The position numbers and the translations under genes were made by a program. Below, in pieces: positions 23,611 to 37,023 of a stretch of DNA of 64,000 bases. The notes under the pieces are model-generated. The model was given only the letters and a program-made list of their open reading frames with translations, ran no database searches and was not told the origin of the DNA. The DNA is from Octopus sinensis. Its lineage: Eukaryota. Position 1 is the first letter of the stretch, and the number at the start of each line of letters is the position of its first letter. The DNA is taken from assembly GCF_006345805.1 (NCBI RefSeq), contig NC_043000.1:26226001-26290000 (forward strand), given 5' to 3'.

Positions 23611-23681
23611 CCACCACGCTGGAAATAGCAGCCAAAACTTGACTCTAAAACCATATTAAATGTTCATACAGCACCAGGAGA

Positions 23682-23815
23682 GAAGACAAAGAGACAAAAT
23701 AAACTAGCAAAAAACTATTGGATAATTCCAGATCCCGGATTTCTGACTTTGCATAAGAAATGCTTTACTTTATCAGTGGAATATACACAAAATAGGACAT
23801 AAATACACACACACA

Positions 23816-23859
<44 letters not shown>

Positions 23860-24211
23860 CAACATACGAATACTTACATATACGCACGTATACACACATA
23901 TATATGCATGTATGCACACGACCAGTTTAAATTGTCCGCCTAAACTCCTCGTGTGATATCGTCAAAATACCACCGCGGTGAATATAATAACGAAGTAAAT
24001 ATATGTAAGTATTTGTATGTTGTATATATATATATATTTGTATTTTTGTACTATTTTGTGTGTATTCCACTGATGAAGCAAAACATTTCTTATGCAAAGT
24101 CAGAAATCCGGGATCTGGAATTATCCAATAATTTTTTGCTAGTTTATTTTCTCTCTTTGTCTTCAAAATAAACAAATAAAGGAATAAAAGAATATATATA
24201 TGTGTGTGTGT

Positions 24212-24284
<73 letters not shown>

Positions 24285-24430
24285 TGTAAGTATGTATGTA
24301 TATGAAGCAAAACATTTCTTATGCAAAGTCAGAAATCCGGGATCTGGAATTATCCAATAATTTTTTGCTAGTTTATTTTCTCTCTTTGTCTTCAAAATAA
24401 ACAAATAAAGGAATAAAAGAATATATATGT
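23682..24430. mobile_element. Foldback element (arms 23682-23881 and 24001-24164) plus a tandem extra copy of the right arm; hammerhead-like motif in the arms
   Basis: Arms are reverse complements except for microsatellite length; the right arm is repeated at about 24302-24430. Confidence 0.75.
24064..24121 (+). ncRNA. Type I hammerhead-like motif with poor stem II
   Basis: AUUCCA-CUGAUGA-[26 nt]-GAAA-UCCGGGAUC-UGGAAU; 6-bp stem I, 3-bp stem III, AUC triplet; the base of stem II is unpaired. Confidence 0.55.
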
Positions 24431-24457
24431 ATATATATATATGTATATTATATATAT

Positions 24458-24491
<34 letters not shown>

Positions 24492-24511
24492 AGTGTGTGT
24501 GTAAGTATGTA

Positions 24512-24697
24512 TGTATATAATGTATGATGAATGTATGGAATGAAGTTCCATAAATCCCATCAAATTCGTTAAAAATGGAGGAAACATGTTAAAATTTATA
24601 AGAAGTTTAAATTTTAACAACTTGTCTCCTGCATTTTTAACGAATTTGTTGGGATTTATGAAACTTCATTCCATACATTCATCATACATTATATACA
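24512..24697. repeat. Long imperfect hairpin (about 88-bp arms, short loop)
   Basis: TATAATGTATGATGAATGTATGGAATGAAG... versus ...CTTCATTCCATACATTCATCATACATTATA. Confidence 0.85.
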
Positions 24698-25034
24698 AGT
24701 ATTACTTACATATCTTCGCAAATTTACGCCTGTATACTCCCAGCACAGTATGAAAAATCAACATTAGCAATCCTTTTTTTGGAGACCTCCAATTAAAGGA
24801 CGAATCCGCTTTCAACCTTTATACACTCACACACACGTAAATGTCGAATGATGAAAATGAGTGCTCAAGAATGTCTTTATTTGTAAATTAAGGAGACCAT
24901 TGGTTTCATGTTAAGAAAAGTATCTTAATATCTTGACAATTTTTCAAGCCGATCACATGGAGAAATGGCGTTCCTTTCCATTTTGGATAAAACATGCATA
25001 CATACAAATATATGTATTTAATTTTTTTCTTTTC

Positions 25035-25430
25035 TTTTACTCATTTACTTGTTTCAGTCATTTGACTGCGGTCATACTGGAGCACCACTTTTAGTCAACA
25101 AATCGAACCCAGGACTTATTCTATTCGTATGTTTTGCTGAACCGCTATGTTGTGGGGACGTAAACACACCGACATCTGTTGTAAAGCGATGGTGGGGGAA
25201 CAAACACAGACACACAAATACATACGCACACAAACACACATACTCGCACACACGCACACACACATGCACACACATATACGAAGGGCTTCTTCCAGTTTCT
25301 GTCTACCAAATCCATTCACAAGGCTTTCATCGGCCCGAAGCTATATTAGAGAACACTTGCTCAAGGTGCCAGCAGTGAGACTGAACCCAGAACCATGTGG
25401 TTGGGAAGCAAGTCTCTTACTACACACCCA
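25035..25430 (-). mobile_element. SINE family A (diverged)
   Basis: Same head, body and tail blocks as 10083-10494. Confidence 0.75.
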
Positions 25431-25651
25431 CTCTGCACATATTTAAATACACATGAATGCATATACATATGTATATATACATGTACACATGATTACATGC
25501 TTAGATACTATTGTATATGCGAACCTTATTACTCGTTGAACTTCACGAGTGTTTTACATATCTTTACAATACATATGACAACTTGTACCTGTAATGTGAT
25601 TAGACATGTCCTTTCAAGGTTTATGATTCAAGATTGATAGTCAGACAGTTA

Positions 25652-25783
25652 GTCACGTGACCAGGTGCTCCAATGATTGCTAGAAATTTAAAAGGGGCTC
25701 TAGTGTCAGAGTGAAATATTGTCTTGTCATCCGAGCAGCCTGTCACCAAGTTCCTTCACGTCGCCGGCCCTGTGACGTCACAG
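25652..25783. promoter_or_regulatory. Candidate regulatory cluster: GTCACGTGAC (CLEAR/E-box), CCAAT, palindromic CRE
   Basis: GTCACGTGAC 25652-25661; CCAAT 25670-25674; CTGTGACGTCACAG 25770-25783; the surrounding DNA is not a recognised repeat. Confidence 0.35.
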
Positions 25784-26182
25784 TTTTGTTGATCAAGAGC
25801 TGTTCTGCACATCTCTCAAACTCCTTTCTTTTCCAGCTGCTTGTTCAGCTGTGAAGTTATTATTTCTATCACTGTGGTGTTAAAGGAGGAGATTTAGACA
25901 GACTGTATACGTCATATAATGGAAACGTAATGTAATATAACATTATGTATGTGTTTATGTAAGTATATATATGTGTGTCTCTATAGACACAGATGCACAC
26001 ATACACACACGCGCATAAGTATATATATTAAATTTCAGGAACCACAAAATCTTAATCAATTGATAGATGATTGTTAGGAAACGACTTTATAAAATTTGGC
26101 GTGAATACAATAGATTTATTACCTTACGACTTTTCTGAATATATACAATTGTGTGGCTTTACCTACCAACCTACATACATAC

Positions 26183-26221
<39 letters not shown>

Positions 26222-26223
26222 TT

Positions 26224-26290
<67 letters not shown>

Positions 26291-26754
26291 CGACATATGA
26301 CTATACACACATACACACTTTAATGTTCCTTTTAATACACAAGTATAGAAGAACGAAATCACACTTTCCAAAATTATATTCTAAAAACATGGTTTTAGAA
26401 CAAAGATTAGGAGTTCTAGGACAATAATTTATACATAAAATCTACAAGCAATTATTTTCACATTTTCTTTGGAACGCGAAACCAAGAAAATTCATTTCCT
26501 AAACATAAAAAAAGAAGAAATAAATAAATTAGAGCAATTTCCTTCCGTTTATATTGAGATGTTAATATAACATAAACTTAACGCTTATTCTTTGCGGGGA
26601 CAGATTAAATAAAGAGTAAATACACTATAAATTCAAAAGTACTTCGTTGTTGTTAACTAAAAATCTACATAACCGTGTGTCGTCGTCTTATATAAAGGTA
26701 ACATTTTTTTTCTTCTGTTCTACATTTTCTGTGTGTTCGCTGTTGGTGGATATC

Positions 26755-27070
26755 TTCTTTACTCTTTTACTTCTTTCGCCTGGAGAGCCGTGGCTATGCT
26801 GGGACACCGCCAATTGGTGTTGCTACACCTTCATTAAACTTCATTTAATAGTTTGGCATTTGGTAAATGATGAAGTTTCATGTTGCTGCTTTCATTTGAG
26901 TCTCTTGCCTTGAAGCTGGTTCATTTGGGACTTTTGGCAGTAGGACATCGAATTTAGTTTTGATGACGTCTACATTTACTCCACGTAGATCCCTCCAGTC
27001 CTTGGAAAAGATACTGAAATGTTGAGGGCCCTTGAACCCCAACTTATTGCAGTGTCTGGTCCTGTGTCTT
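26755..27070 (-). mobile_element. CR1-like LINE 3' end (decayed)
   Basis: GPQHFSI..RDLRGVNVDVIKTK..VPNEPASRQETQMKAA parallels 14400-14560; tail GGCGGTGTCCCAGCATAGCCACGG. Confidence 0.7.
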
Positions 27071-27313
27071 ACTTGTTTCAGTCATTGACTTGCAGCCATG
27101 CTGAAACACCGCCTTGAAGGGTTTTAGTCGAACAGATCGATCCCAGGTATTTATGTTTCTTTTAAAGACCGGTACTTATTCTATCATTCTCTTTTTGTCG
27201 AACCGCTAAGTTAGGGGACTTAAACAAACCAAAACTTGTCAAATGGTAGAAGGCGCAAACTCAAACACACACACATACACATGTATATAGAACCGGCTTA
27301 CATGCGGTTTCCT

Positions 27314-27545
27314 ATTTCTTTATTGCCCACAAGGGGCTAAACATAGAGGGGACAAACAAGGACAGACAAAGGGATTAAGTCGATTAGATCGACCCTAGTG
27401 CGTAACTGGTACTTAATTTATCGAACCCGGAAGGATGAAAGGCAAAGTCGACCTCGGTCGAATTTGAACTCAGAACGTAACGGTAGAAGAAATACCGCTA
27501 AGCGTTTCGCCCGGCGTGCTAACGTTTCAACATGCTCGTCGCCTT
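27314..27545 (-). mobile_element. SINE family B
   Basis: Similar to 17608-17837; nested in a family A remnant. Confidence 0.85.
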
Positions 27546-27974
27546 AACATACAGTTTCCGTCAACCAAACTTACTCGCAAGGCCTTAGTCTGTTCGGTGT
27601 TACAGTAGAAGACACCAGTCCAAAATACGGCGCAGTGAGACTGAAAGCAGTGAGATCATGGATCATGGAGTTGCTAAGCGAGCTTCTGAACCACCCAGCC
27701 ATGCCTGCAACTGTGCCAACGATCTTATGTATTCTTATTTAAAAGCACGGTTTCCATATTTGTGTATTAGTAGTTTGTGTAGCATGAAAAAGCGAGGTTG
27801 AAATGCATAGCATGGGTGTCAGAGTAGGCTGTTTAGCGTAGGTAAAGTCGTTATGTCTATGGAATATGATTCAACAGCGACATTACATCAACTCTTAGCC
27901 TATCAATAATGGACCCAACAAGTGCTAGAAACAGAAGTAAAATCCCTCTCAAACTACACTTGAATATTATATAT

Positions 27975-28384
27975 AACTCTTTTACTCTTTTACTTGTTTC
28001 AGTCATTTGACTGCGGCCATGCTGGAGCACCGCTTTTAGTCGAGCAAATCGACTCCAGGACTTATTCTTTGTAAGCCTAGTACTTATTCTATCGGACTCT
28101 TTCACCGAACTGCTAAGTTACGGGGACGTAAACACACCACCATCAGTTGTCAAGCGATGTTGGGGGGACAAACACAGACACACAGATACACACACACACA
28201 CACACACACACATATGTATATATATATATACATACGACGGGCTTCTTTCAGTTTCCGTCTATCAAATCCACTCACAAGGCTTTGGTAGAAGAAGACACTT
28301 GCCCAAGGTGCCACGCAGTGGGAAATAACTCGGAACCATGTGGTTGCTAGGCAAGCTACTTACCACACAGCTACTCCCGCGCTT
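27975..28384 (-). mobile_element. SINE family A
   Basis: Similar to 10083-10494. Confidence 0.85.
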
Positions 28385-28744
28385 ATAAGTGAAAAAAGGA
28401 GGCACTGAAACCTTAATAAAAGACAGAATGTTCTTTTGCTACGGATTTGCTTTCTTAGAGCTGATGTGGAGTTCAACAACAGCAACAACAACAAAAGCTT
28501 CAACAGCAAAACTGGAGAATATAAGGTATGTATTGTATATATTATATGTGAAGGCGCGTGGATTACTGTGTTGTGCTCATGATCATAAGATTGTGGTTTC
28601 AATTCCTGGATTGGGTGATGTGTTGTGTTCTTGAGCGAAACACTTCATTTTACATTTTTCCAGTCCCAAAATTAGTAATCCTGTGACACCCGGTGTCCCA
28701 TCTAGAGGGTGTCATATACGCCCTGGACCCAGAAACACCCTACA

Positions 28745-28980
28745 GAACTCGGCGAGCTGGCAGAAACGTTAGAACGCCGGGCGAAATGCTTAGCAGTATT
28801 TTGCCTGCCGCTTCGTTCCGAGTTCAAATTCCGCCGGGGTCGACTTTGCCTTTCATCCTTTCGGAATCGATAAATTAAGTATCTGTTACGCACTAGGGTC
28901 CATGTCATCGACTTAATCCGTTTGTCTGTCCTTGTTTGTCCCCTCTGTGTGTAGCTCCTTGTGGGCAGTAAAGAAATAAG
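28745..28980 (+). mobile_element. SINE family B
   Basis: GGCGAGCTGGCAGAAACGTTAG..GTGGGCAGTAAAGAAATA. Confidence 0.85.
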
Positions 28981-29699
28981 AATCCGGAAAAATGTCTCTA
29001 TGAACCTCTGGGCTCGTGAAGGACCTTTGATCTTTGTGTCTATGTGTGTGTGTGTTTGTGCATTTGTGAATGCGTGCCTGTTTCGACGTCAAACTACAAA
29101 ACAAACTGCCTTAAAACCATTATGTTATGATTCTGCATCTCACATTAAAGGTTTCTTTAACATTTATTTGAATCTACAAAGCAGCATTGCGTTTGAATTA
29201 TCACTAGCCGCTGCTTCAGATTATCTCTTCTGCTCTTGATTAGTCGATAAACTCTGCCTCCAGATAAATTTCTGTCCATACACCCACATCACATGCAAAC
29301 AAGTCGTCAGTTTGTTACCATTCTTTTTCGTTCATTGATTAAAATATAATTTATGTTATCTTGCATGATCATCGTTTACAGACAGATAATTTTCTATTTA
29401 GCGATCAAGAAGACGTTTTCTCTTGCGCTTTCTTATGTATCAGTGTTCTGATTTGATTTTCATACAGAACAGTCTATGTGCTCAGGGCATGCAGATTGTT
29501 TGCAGAAACAAGACACCCTGTAACCTGCCTTGCTAGGTGCCTTCATAGAAAAAAACTATTAGTAGCTCTTATCTTTACACAGTTTACATTAAATATAGAA
29601 TATCAAACATAATATTCATAATATTCATAGAAATAAAAGTAAAATCAATCAATATACGCTATATGTTAATCTTGGTAAATCACATATTGAAAATAAGGC

Positions 29700-30520
29700 T
29701 AATATTATATGGTCAATTATTCTTCTTGTAAAGCAAATAAAACCAACTTAATCAAATCTTTATACCGATTTATTTCCAAACACTTTACTAAGGATAACAA
29801 ATCTAGTGAAATAATTAATAATAAATTTGTAAGAATTGGTTTCTCTGTATCCCAGAGCATTTTTGGAATATTTGTTTCGATAAATAACAAAACGTTAGAT
29901 AATTTATATGATAATAGAAATATGAACAATGCTAATTCGAATAGATCAGATTCCAGTAATGATATGACGAAATCATCCAATGGCGGAAGGGAAGTAGCCC
30001 ATGTAGACTCTCCTTTTAATAATAAAGCTATAAATAATGTTAATATAACTAATACAATAAACGTTAGTAATACGGGTACTGATTATGCAATAACTGATAT
30101 AAATAAAAGATGTGATTGTAAATTTAAGGCAAAATGTCATTATAATAATTTATGTAAGCAAAATAATGTAGTGTATAGATGTAGAGTTGAATCTGAGAGC
30201 GTAGATATTACTTTTATATTGGATCTACTGAGAATTTCGTAAAACGTACAATCGTAAACCATGAATCCACATTTAAGAATAGGAATAAATTGAATTCTAC
30301 CGGTCTAAGCAAATTTATTTGGAAGCTATAAGATAATAATAAAGAATATAAGCTTAAGTGGGAAATTGTTAGTCATGCTAAATCTTATAATATTGGTAAA
30401 AGACTTATGTGTAGATGAAATCTATCAAATCTTGACTTCGAAACTTTATAATAACCGCCAATAATCTGTTTTATCTTGTAAACATTCCTCTAAATATGTA
30501 TTTCGAAAGTATAATAAAAT
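29700..30520 (+). mobile_element. Penelope-like element relic (linker plus GIY-YIG endonuclease)
   Basis: TNLIKSLYRFISKHF..INNKFVRIGFS..CDCKFKAKCHYNNLCKQNNVVYRCRV, then in a shifted frame STGLSKFIWKL..YKLKWEIVSHAKSYNIG. This is the typical order for a PLE linker and GIY-YIG domain. Confidence 0.75.
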
Positions 30521-31767
30521 AAAATAAAACATAATTTAATATTATTCAATAAAAATCGATAAATGAATATATTATATTATATTATGCTAGATTAAATATT
30601 ATGATAGTATATGTCTTTTAATCTATAAACAGAACAGAGGTCTTAGAATAACAACACAATCTTGGATGACGTAAAACACGAATTCCTTATATTGAATACC
30701 CAACCTGATCATGCGATGCACATTATACTAAGCTCTGGATTAATGCAGATTAAATAGATAAAATAATTTCAATTAAGACCAAGTTTTAAGTTTTAATTAA
30801 TAATAATATTTAGTGTTTCATATCCATGAATTTAATAATTAGTTAATATTTAGTGAAAATTAATAATACATATTAATTGACAATCTTGCTGGTAAACATA
30901 ATAGATATTAATGTATATCCAACTTTAAAGGTCCCTTTGTTTTAAAATAAACTAACATGCACACACACACCAATAATTATAAGCGGGAATAATACACGCA
31001 CATAACATTTTATTTTAATTATATTTTTATTTCAAAATACTAACGCGCACAAGTATAAATAAATAAACGAATTCGTTTATTCTTTCAAATACCCCCACAC
31101 ATAATATTGTTTTATTTATTAATATTCGCATTTTCTGATGTTTATTTTTATTCGTATTGTGTTTTATTTTATTTAGTTTTCTTGTTTTATTACGAAATAT
31201 ATTTAACACCCCTCCACACATATCTTCGTTTATTCAATCTGCTTTAAAATCTCAACCTAACATGTAATCCTATTATGTCAATTAGCCCTGATAGGATTTT
31301 ACTCACATAATATTCTAAATGCGAATTTTATTTTATTTTATTTATAAATTTATAATTAATATTAAGTAAAATTGCAACAATTGTAGGTAGTTTTAATTAA
31401 CTATATGTTAATAAAGGAATTCATATATATATATACTCTCCATTTTCTTCTTGTTTATCATACTCTCTCTCCCTCTCTCTCACTTTCTTTCTCTCTCTCT
31501 GTCTCTCTCTATATATATGTTTATATTTATATGTTTATGTATAAATTATATAAATATCTATATATAAATACAGACACGCATATAACATACATGCATATAT
31601 ACTACACACACAACCCACCCACATAGACACACATAGATTTTACTAGAGTAAAACTTTTATAGAACATATTTAACGTTTATTTGGCATACACGTATCGTTA
31701 ATAAGCAGAAGCTGCAATTTTTGTCTGGAAAAGGTCCCTTTATAGACATATTGTGTTAAAAATGTAA

Positions 31768-32175
31768 TATGGCTGTGTGGTTAGTAGCTTGCTTACGAAT
31801 TACACGGTTCCGGATTCAGTTCCACTTCGTGGCACTTTGGGCAAGTGTCTTCTACAATAGCCTCGGGCCGACAAAAGCCTTGTGAGTGGAATTGGTAGAC
31901 AGAAGCTGAAAGAAGCCCGTCGTAAATATGTATATATATATATGTATGTGTGTGTATATGTTTGTGTGTCTGTTTGTCCCCCCCAACATCGCTTGACAAC
32001 CGATGCTGATGTGTTTACGTCTCCGTAACTTAGCGGTTCAGGAAAAGAGACCGATAGAATAAGTACCAGGCTTACAAAGAATAAGTCCTGTGGTCGATTT
32101 GCTGGACTAAAAGGTGGTGCTCCAGCATGGCCACATAGTAAATGACTGAAAGAAGTGAAAGAGAGTAAAAGAGAG
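31768..32175 (+). mobile_element. SINE family A
   Basis: Head TGGCTGTGTGGTTAGTAG through tail GACTGAAAG..GAGTAAAAGAG. Confidence 0.85.
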
Positions 32176-32346
32176 TACTTCTGAGCTAAGCAAGCGAAAC
32201 GAAATCGCCTCGGAAGTGACTGCGAGAGAAATAGTTGTGCATTTCGCCGTTCTTGCTACTTGCCACTCTGACGCACGCACATTACATGCATACATACACG
32301 GAAATATAGAGACACACTCAAATACGTACAAACACACACACACACA

Positions 32347-32380
<34 letters not shown>

Positions 32381-32688
32381 GCAAATATACATTATGAATA
32401 TATATATATACATGTGTATGTATGTATGTATGTATGTATGTATGTATGTGTATATGTGAGTGTGTGTGTGAATGCAAGTGAGTTGTATGTATATCTCTTG
32501 AAGTTTGCTTAGTCATCGCCATTCATAAATGGGTAGTTCTAAGTCCCCTGGCACGAAACATTTCGTGAGCAGGAAGACAAAAAATAAAAGAGAAGTTTAT
32601 TAAATTTAATTTTTAGTTTAAACCGACTCTAGCATTCAATGGAATATTTTCTCTGTCTGCTTCTTTCTCTCTCTCGTTTTCTCTCTTT

Positions 32689-32689
<1 letters not shown>

Positions 32690-32747
<58 letters not shown>

Positions 32748-32881
32748 CACACACAGGCACTCACACGCAGACACACACATACACACACACAAATATCCTA
32801 CATATAATACATGTATGTATGTTTGTGAATATGTATGTATATATATGTGTGTGTGTGTGTGTGTGCGTGTGTACATATATA

Positions 32882-32914
<33 letters not shown>

Positions 32915-33092
32915 CGCATATATATGTGTACAAGTATATACACATATATATATGTGTGTACATATATATATATATGTATATACATATATACATGTATATA
33001 AATGCATATATATATATATACACACACATACATATATACATACACACATACATACACACACACACACACATATATATAATATATATACATAT

Positions 33093-33123
<31 letters not shown>

Positions 33124-33140
33124 CATATATACACACACAC
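32690..33140. repeat. (CA)n/(TA)n/(CATA)n microsatellite block
   Basis: Directly visible. Confidence 0.95.
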
Positions 33141-33792
33141 TATCGCACTCAGACACCCACTATCGGGGCACACATAGATGTATATAGCCGTTTCTCTCTC
33201 TCTTATCATCACCGTCCCTTGACAGATAGTTGTTAGTCTCCTAACTGTGTCATTCTATTCAAATATTTGTTTAGTTCTTAATGCGTTACTCAATCAGTCA
33301 ATTGAAAAAAAAAATAGCAAAAGAAGCAAACAAGATGGAATTTTAAAATGCGCCAAATTGGCTGAAGCTCTTTGTAAGCCTTCAAAGTTAATGAACAGAG
33401 GACGTATGAGACAACAGCTGAACATCAGTTTCGCCTCGCCTGTGTTGATACTTCTAGACCCAGAAAGAGCAGGCGACCACGTCAGGCACTATGCACTGTC
33501 ACCAAAATTTAGTCAGAAGGAAAATGAGAAGCCATATCAATTATGCGTCAGTGTTGATACTATTTGGTTTTCCATGGGCAGAAAATAAGAGTCATTTGAA
33601 GAAATCAAGTTAGATTATGCATTGCGAACAAAAGGGACTGCCAAAGAGTAATGTCACTTATTGTAATCAGTTTGCTCTATGATGTATTTAATTTAAGTGC
33701 GGTGGTAATTAGCAATATCAATTAGAGATGTTTATGACATCGTAGAGCAAAATGGTGGATCAGTGTTCTCTTAGATTTGTTACCATATCTAA

Positions 33793-34148
33793 GGCGCCGG
33801 GCGAAAGGCTTAGCGGTATTTCGTCTGCGGTTACGTTCTGAGTTCAAATTCCGCCGAGGTCGACTTTGCCTTTCATCCTTTCGGGGTCGATAAATTAAGT
33901 ACCAGTTACGCACTGGGGTCGATATCATCGTTTGTCTGTCCTTGTTTGTCCCCTCTGTGTTTATCCCCTTGTGGGTAGTAAAGAAATAGGTATTTCGTCT
34001 GCCGCTACGTTCTGAGTTCAATTCCGCCGAGGTCGACTTTGCTTTTCATCCTCTCGGGGTTGATAAATTAAATACCAGCTGCGTACTTGGGTCAATCTAA
34101 TCTACTCCACCCATCAAATTTCGGGCCTTGTGTCTAGAGTAGAAAAGA
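33793..34148 (+). mobile_element. SINE family B dimer
   Basis: Junction AAAGAAATAG|GTATTTCGTCTG near 33988; the second unit ends with an alternative tail GGGCCTTGTGTCTAGAGTAG. Confidence 0.8.
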
Positions 34149-34839
34149 AATATTACCATACCTCCCTAGGCTGAACCTCTAGAGCCACAAAAATAGCTGT
34201 TGCCTCCATATTCGAATCTAATTTTCTAATCTTTTTCTAAAGATTATCGGAACTTATTGAACATTGCAGATTAAATTTTTCAGATCTAGCATCACCATAG
34301 ATGGCGGATTCATTCCATCATTCAGAAACAAGGACAAGTTCACTATTGCAGTGAATTACTTCAGCTCCAAGTAAATGAGCCGACGCAATCCTTGAACATT
34401 TGTTCGAAATAAGGCATAAAATAAGAGGAAAGATGTTGAAATTAAAAGAAGGCCCTAAGACTTGGTACCATATTGCGAATGAAAGGAATATTCCATATCA
34501 CAAGCAATTAAGTAAAATATTTTAAATATGCACTTGAAATGTCTCCTGTTGTAAACTTGAAAATAGTCACTGATGCACATAAGCGACCACTAAAACAACA
34601 TTACTGTCAAATTAAAAAACCAACCTGTAATGAGACTGTCTTGATTATGTATGTACTGGGACATGGAAAAAGAGACAATGATCTATAAAATGGAGGTATC
34701 ATCAAGCGGGTAAGTAAGGCAGGTCAGCGAAGGCATTTTCTGTGTTCGCTATTTGTTTATATGGAAGATGGATAGCACTCTGACCACTCAAGGGATACAG
34801 CATTTTCCCTCAAAACTCAGTATATTGATGTCATTACCT

Positions 34840-35068
34840 ATTTCTTTACTACCCACAAGGGGCTAAACACAGAGGACAAAAAAGGACAGACAGACGGATT
34901 AAGTCGATTATATCGACCCCAGTGTGTAACTGGTACTTATTTAATCGACCCTTAAAGGATGAAAGGCAAAATCGACCTTGGCGGAATTTGAACTCAGAAC
35001 GTAGCGGCAGACGAAATACGGCTACGCATTTCGCCCGGCGTGCTAACGTTTCTGCCAGCTCACCGCCT
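34840..35068 (-). mobile_element. SINE family B
   Basis: Similar to 17608-17837. Confidence 0.85.
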
Positions 35069-35525
35069 GTTATTACCATCAATATACAGCTTTAGGAGGC
35101 AAGGAATATTCAACATGTGAACTGATGCCGTTCCTGATTCAAGCCACGTGCGTTTCTAAGTGAAAACGTCACGCAATGTTTAATGAATTGATGTATCACA
35201 ACGGAAAGCAGCGACATTAACAAGTGTGTGAAGAACAAGTGGCTTGGCTATTCCCAAAGCTCTTCGTCGGATCTACAGTCAGATTTCGCAGGAATCGAAC
35301 CCTTGTTGCAGACTCGGTTTCCTTGCATTACACCTCATTACAATACTCGCACTTGCATAAACATATATTTACATGAATATATACATTCATAAAAACAGTA
35401 GATTCGAGAATCGGTGGAGCGGCGGTATTTACCTATGTTTCTTAATGTTATGAATTTAAGTTTCCCTGAAGACTGTTACCTTTTTTCCTTCTAGGGTCGC
35501 TAAAATTAATCTTCCAACATTTGTG

Positions 35526-35590
<65 letters not shown>

Positions 35591-36791
35591 CCCATCTATC
35601 CATCTATCCATCTATCTATCTATCCATCCTATCTATCTACCCACCTGTCTGTCTGTCTGTATATATTTGTATGTATGTATGTATGTCTGCCTGTCTATCT
35701 GTCTGCCTGTCTATCTGTCTGCCTGCATGCCTGCCTGTCTGTCTGCCTGACTGCCTGCCTGTCTGTCTGTCTGCCCGTCCGTCTGTCTGTCTGTCTGTCT
35801 TCCCTATCTTTCTGTCTTTGGCTATTTACGTGTGTATTTATGTGTGTACGAGAATGAATTCGTGTGCCTGAAATAAAAAGAAAAAATAAGCTGAAATAAA
35901 GGGAGTAGAATGACATTACATGACACGTTAACTATTTTATGAAAAATATACGCTACGGACGATCACTAATCCGCGAGTAAGAATGGGAAATAGGGAATAC
36001 ATTGCAAAGTTTAAATAGAAAACTCAAGAACGCATCGGCTGAGATAATTCAGCGATCAAATTTCATGAAAAAAATGCATAAAACAATTTAAAGTTTCAAT
36101 GATTGTTCCCCAAAACATGTATTAGATGTGAGATAAGAAGGAAGTATAGCGCTATGACTGCTGGAACAGTTTTAATAACATTATCGAAAAAATATTAAAT
36201 GATATGTCAGTTTAGAGAAATCTAAACGTTTAAAAACATTTGTGAAAGTTATAGGAAGATGCTGACACAACGATTTATACGTCAGGAAAAGAAAGTAAGA
36301 AGAATTCTTGTGTAATATATAAAAAAATGTGATAAAGCAATCTGAGAAATGAGAAGTGCAAGATTAGGTGGAGAAATAAGATGGAGGTAATGGTGGATAA
36401 CGAAAGATATAAAATGAAACAATGCAAGTAATATGCTGAAATAATCCAAAGGGGAAATGATAAGAATGTATTGCTTTCGTTTCACTTAGCACAAAGGTCG
36501 TATCGTTTTAGATGTAGTGGGAAAAGTGGGAAGAAAGGAGATTCATGTTTCTTCAAGATAATTAGCAGTTCAAATGAATTGAGATGACAAAAATCAGGAA
36601 TCGTGGCCAAAATACGGTTTCTGCCTGCCGGGCACATATTTCTACTTTTATGACCCTGCACTGTGTGAATGATTTAATTTTACACTTTGACTCTTGACAC
36701 TCTCTCATTCCATTATACATACCTTTAAAGTTATACAACTTTGTCCATCGCTTACTTCTCTATATATAGCTTTATATTTTTGCATCCTTAA

Positions 36792-37019
36792 CCCTTTGAG
36801 TCCCAGATTACTTAAATTTCTGAATATTACATCTAAATTTTTACAGATGATTGAAAACATGTTAAATTGAAAAAAAAAATAATAATTATCAAAATCCTTT
36901 ACATCAAGTAGAAATGGAAATTCTCGGTGTCCTATAAATAGGACACTGAAATAATGTACTATAGCTTATTTAATGTTCTCATTTAGTGTCCTATTTATAA
37001 GACAGTGGGACTTAATGGG
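36792..37019. mobile_element. piggyBac-type MITE
   Basis: TTAA|CCCTTTGAGTCCCA ... TGGGACTTAATGGG|TTAA; subterminal GTGTCCTATAAATAGGACAC palindrome. Confidence 0.75.
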
Positions 37020-37023
37020 TTAA

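Noticed and set aside
30695-30740. CTGATCA..AAGCTCTGG downstream of the Penelope relic, where an HHR is expected
   Set aside because: G8 and GAAA are missing and the stems do not register.
33247-33588. 113-aa non-repetitive ORF
   Set aside because: Non-ATG start and no recognisable family; cannot be supported without a database search.
35255-35343. Two minus-strand hammerhead-like traces (CCGACGAAGAGC; GAAACCGAGUC with a 5-bp stem I)
   Set aside because: The first lacks the stem II partner and GAAA; the second has two core substitutions and no stem II. Possible relics but unsupported.
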